From contig NIVC01000169.1 of assembly GCA_002269645.1 (NCBI GenBank), positions 1 to 64,000 on the forward strand: a DNA stretch of 64,000 bases, read 5' to 3'. Below, piece after piece: positions 61,580 to 64,000 of this stretch. Within the stretch, counting starts at the first letter, position 1, and the number at the start of each line of letters is the position of its first letter. The stretch comes from Macrostomum lignano (taxonomy: Eukaryota). A model generated the notes under the pieces. It did no database searches. It was not told the DNA's origin and worked only from the letters and a program-made list of their open reading frames with translations. Both the position numbers and the translations under genes were made by a program.

Positions 61580-63241
61580 TCACGCGAACCTGTCGATAAG
61601 CTGATGAAGCACCGCAACAGCCGTTAGAACCGAGACGGCCGTCAGAGCGACATTGGCCGAGATGACTGACGCCGGACTGCACTCTCTGTCCTCCTGCGAG
61701 AGAATATGAGCGTAATTTGCAGATGAGATAATGCGATATATAATGTCTCTGAGTTTCTATACAAGCTGACCCATTAAATTAGCATCTTCATCTTGTTTGA
61801 AGCTATGCCCAAATCCAGGTTGCGTGTTGCACAGCGAGCAAGAGAAATGGAGGTGGGTGCCCTACTAGCCTCCAGCCAGGCCGATAAACAACAGTTTGGG
61901 CTTTCTTCTTGTCCGCTTGTGTCTGATTTCGACCTCTCTCCTTTCTGCTCTCTCATTGGCTGAGCTAGATTTGGGCCTGCCCCCCCTAGGCTGAGTTTCG
62001 TCCGTCTGACTTTGACCTCTCCTTATTGCTCTCTCATTGGCTAAGCTGGGCCTGCCCCCCACCCCTAGGCCTAGTTTCGTCCGTCTGACCCTGACCTCTC
62101 CAGCTCCTTGCTGCTCTCTCATTGGCTGAGCTTGATTTGGCCTTCCCCCAGTTTTCGTTTATCCTGCTCACTTGTATACATCGAGTTCAATGCTTGCTGT
62201 TCATTTTTCGTTCCTGAGGCCACAAACTCCCGAGGAAGGAAAGGAAATTTCAAGCTGCTACATTAAATTTAAATGACACTACGCAGACAAACTACTGAGA
62301 GCTTATATAACTTTTGACAACTTTAATTGCATAATTGCATAACATATCAGGTTTTTTTATCTATTAGCTGTGGCATCAAAATGCAGATTCACTTTTTCAA
62401 GCAATTACTCGAATTTGGTTTCTAAGAATCTCAGGTAATTTAGCCCAAATCTTCATCTCAAATAAGTCCGCTCAATTGCAGAATATTTCGGTGCCAACCT
62501 CTCTCCACTCCCTTACCTTGGGATGCGACCTGTAACACGTGGCCGGCCGCTCCCTGTAGCGGTAGTCCTGGCTGCACACATCCGGTCCGTGATGACGCGT
62601 CGGATCCCGCAGCAGCTTGTCGTAGTCGTCAAAGCCCGTGCTGTGCCGCCTACCCAGATCCGGGTGCCGCAGACCACCCGGGAGCTTCTGCACGGCCACC
62701 AGCAGCAGGTTGGTGCCAGGCAAACCGGCCAGCCGGATACTCCGGCCGAGTTCATCCGTCGAACTGTCCGGGGGAACCACGCTGAAATCCCTGAAATTTG
62801 ATTTTGGGCCGTGAAAAAAATTCAACTTCTTTAATGTGCTCAGAATGTTAGGCTTACCGTTCAAAAAGTCGCTAATTTCAACAAAAAATTTGGCATTGTC
62901 AAAATTTAAATTTTAAACGATCGAAAGCACCTGTAGTCGCTCACCTGTAATATCTGTAGCCTTTTTTGATGCAGTCGAAGGTTGGCCCTTTAGGCAGGAC
63001 ATTCCCCTCGGTCAGCGACGGCAGAGTCAGCGTCGCCATCGCCGTCATTAGTAACGGTTGCCTTGGCAACAACTGAAACTCTGGCTGCTGCTGGCCAGTT
63101 CGCAACGCCAGTAACGAGGCGGCGGCGGCGACCGCCAGTGCCAGGCGATTCGGCCCGGGACCGGCTGGCGCCGCCTTGCTGAAGTGCGGGTCAGCCGGCA
63201 GGTCGTTCCGGCAGATGCCCTGGAAGTCGTACTCTTGGACA
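61580..63241 (-). CDS. CACNA2D: Voltage-gated calcium channel alpha2delta subunit, last three coding exons (63241-62945, 62790-62517, 61693-61580); gene continues beyond the window
   Basis: EYDFQGIC, DCIKKGYRYY, GTNLLLVAV and YRYRERPATCYRSHPKEDRECS, followed by a hydrophobic GPI-signal-like end. Junctions are in phase. Confidence 0.85.
61925..62135 (+). repeat. Three degenerate ~75-85-bp direct repeats, alpha2delta last intron
   Basis: Recurring ctctctcattggctgagct...gtttcgtccgtctgac. Confidence 0.7.
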
Positions 63242-63259
63242 CTGCGGGTGCGGGTTTCA

Positions 63260-64000
63260 CCTTCCTGTCTGCTTGCCTTCACTTTTCTATCCGTCTCTTT
63301 TACTCTTCCTGTCTGCCCGCCTCACTTTTCTATCCGTCTCTTTTACCCTTCCTGTCTGCCCGCCTCACTTTTCTATCCGTCTCTTTTACCCTTCCTGTCT
63401 GCCCGCCTCACTTTTCTATCCGTCTCTTTTTAGCTTCCTGTCTGCCTGCCTCACTTTTCTATCCGTCTCTTTTTAGCTTCCTGTCTGCCCGCCTCACTTT
63501 TCTATCCGTCTCTTTTACTCTTCCTGTCTGCCCGCCTCACTTTTCTATCCGTCTCTTTTACCCTTCCTGTCTGCCCGCCTCACTTTTCTATCCGTCTCTT
63601 TTTTGCTTCCTGTCTGCCTGCCTCACTTTTCTATCCGTCTCTTTTTAGCTTCCTGTCTGCCTGCCTCACTTTTCTATCCGTCTCTTTTACCCTTCCTGTC
63701 TGCCTGCCTCACTTTTCTATCCGTCTCTTTTTAGCTTCCTGTCTGCCCGCCTCACTTTTCTATCCGTCTCTTTTACCCTTCCTGTCTGCCCGCCTCACTT
63801 TTCTATCCGTCTCTTTTACCCTTCCTGTCTGCCTGCCTCACTTTTCTATCCGTCTCTTTTTAGCTTCCTGTCTGCCCGCCTCACTTTTCTATCCGTCTCT
63901 TTTACCCTTCCTGTCTGTCTGCCTCACTTTTCTATCCGTCTCTTTTTAGCTTCCTGTCTGCCTGCCTCACTTTTCTATCCGTCTCTTTTTAGCTTCCTGT
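63260..64000 (+). repeat. 43-bp CT-rich minisatellite, alpha2delta intron, running off the window
   Basis: Unit cttcctgtctgcccgcctcacttttctatccgtctcttttacc. Confidence 0.95.

Noticed and set aside
21200-64000. A rule that intronic purine/pyrimidine tracts are oriented with transcription
   Set aside because: Both orientations occur: the sense strand is CT-rich at 21200, 24030 and 29540 but AG-rich at 26220 and 63260.

Overview
Animal genomic DNA with GC-rich, Ala/Gln/Pro-rich exons and introns largely filled by intron-specific minisatellites. The style suggests a flatworm such as Macrostomum, but the species is an inference. I assembled the gene models by hand from GT-AG sites and codon phase; protein family calls rest on recalled motifs, not on searches. 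Models: a USPL1-like gene (+) that keeps the fold and Zn ligands but appears to have lost the whole catalytic triad; three tandem Shisa-like single-pass membrane genes (-) with one shared exon plan, of which two carry a reading-frame lesion and share a near-identical ~113-nt segment; a compact RREB1/hindsight-like zinc-finger gene (-); intronless ZMAT2 (-); a possible CCSER-like gene (-); API5 (+); and the 3' exons of a calcium-channel alpha2delta gene (-). There are also about 28 tandem arrays, two TA-flanked MITE-like palindromes and a third, weaker MITE-like candidate. Most long ORFs in the supplied track are repeat artefacts. No rRNA, tRNA or CRISPR features were recognised.
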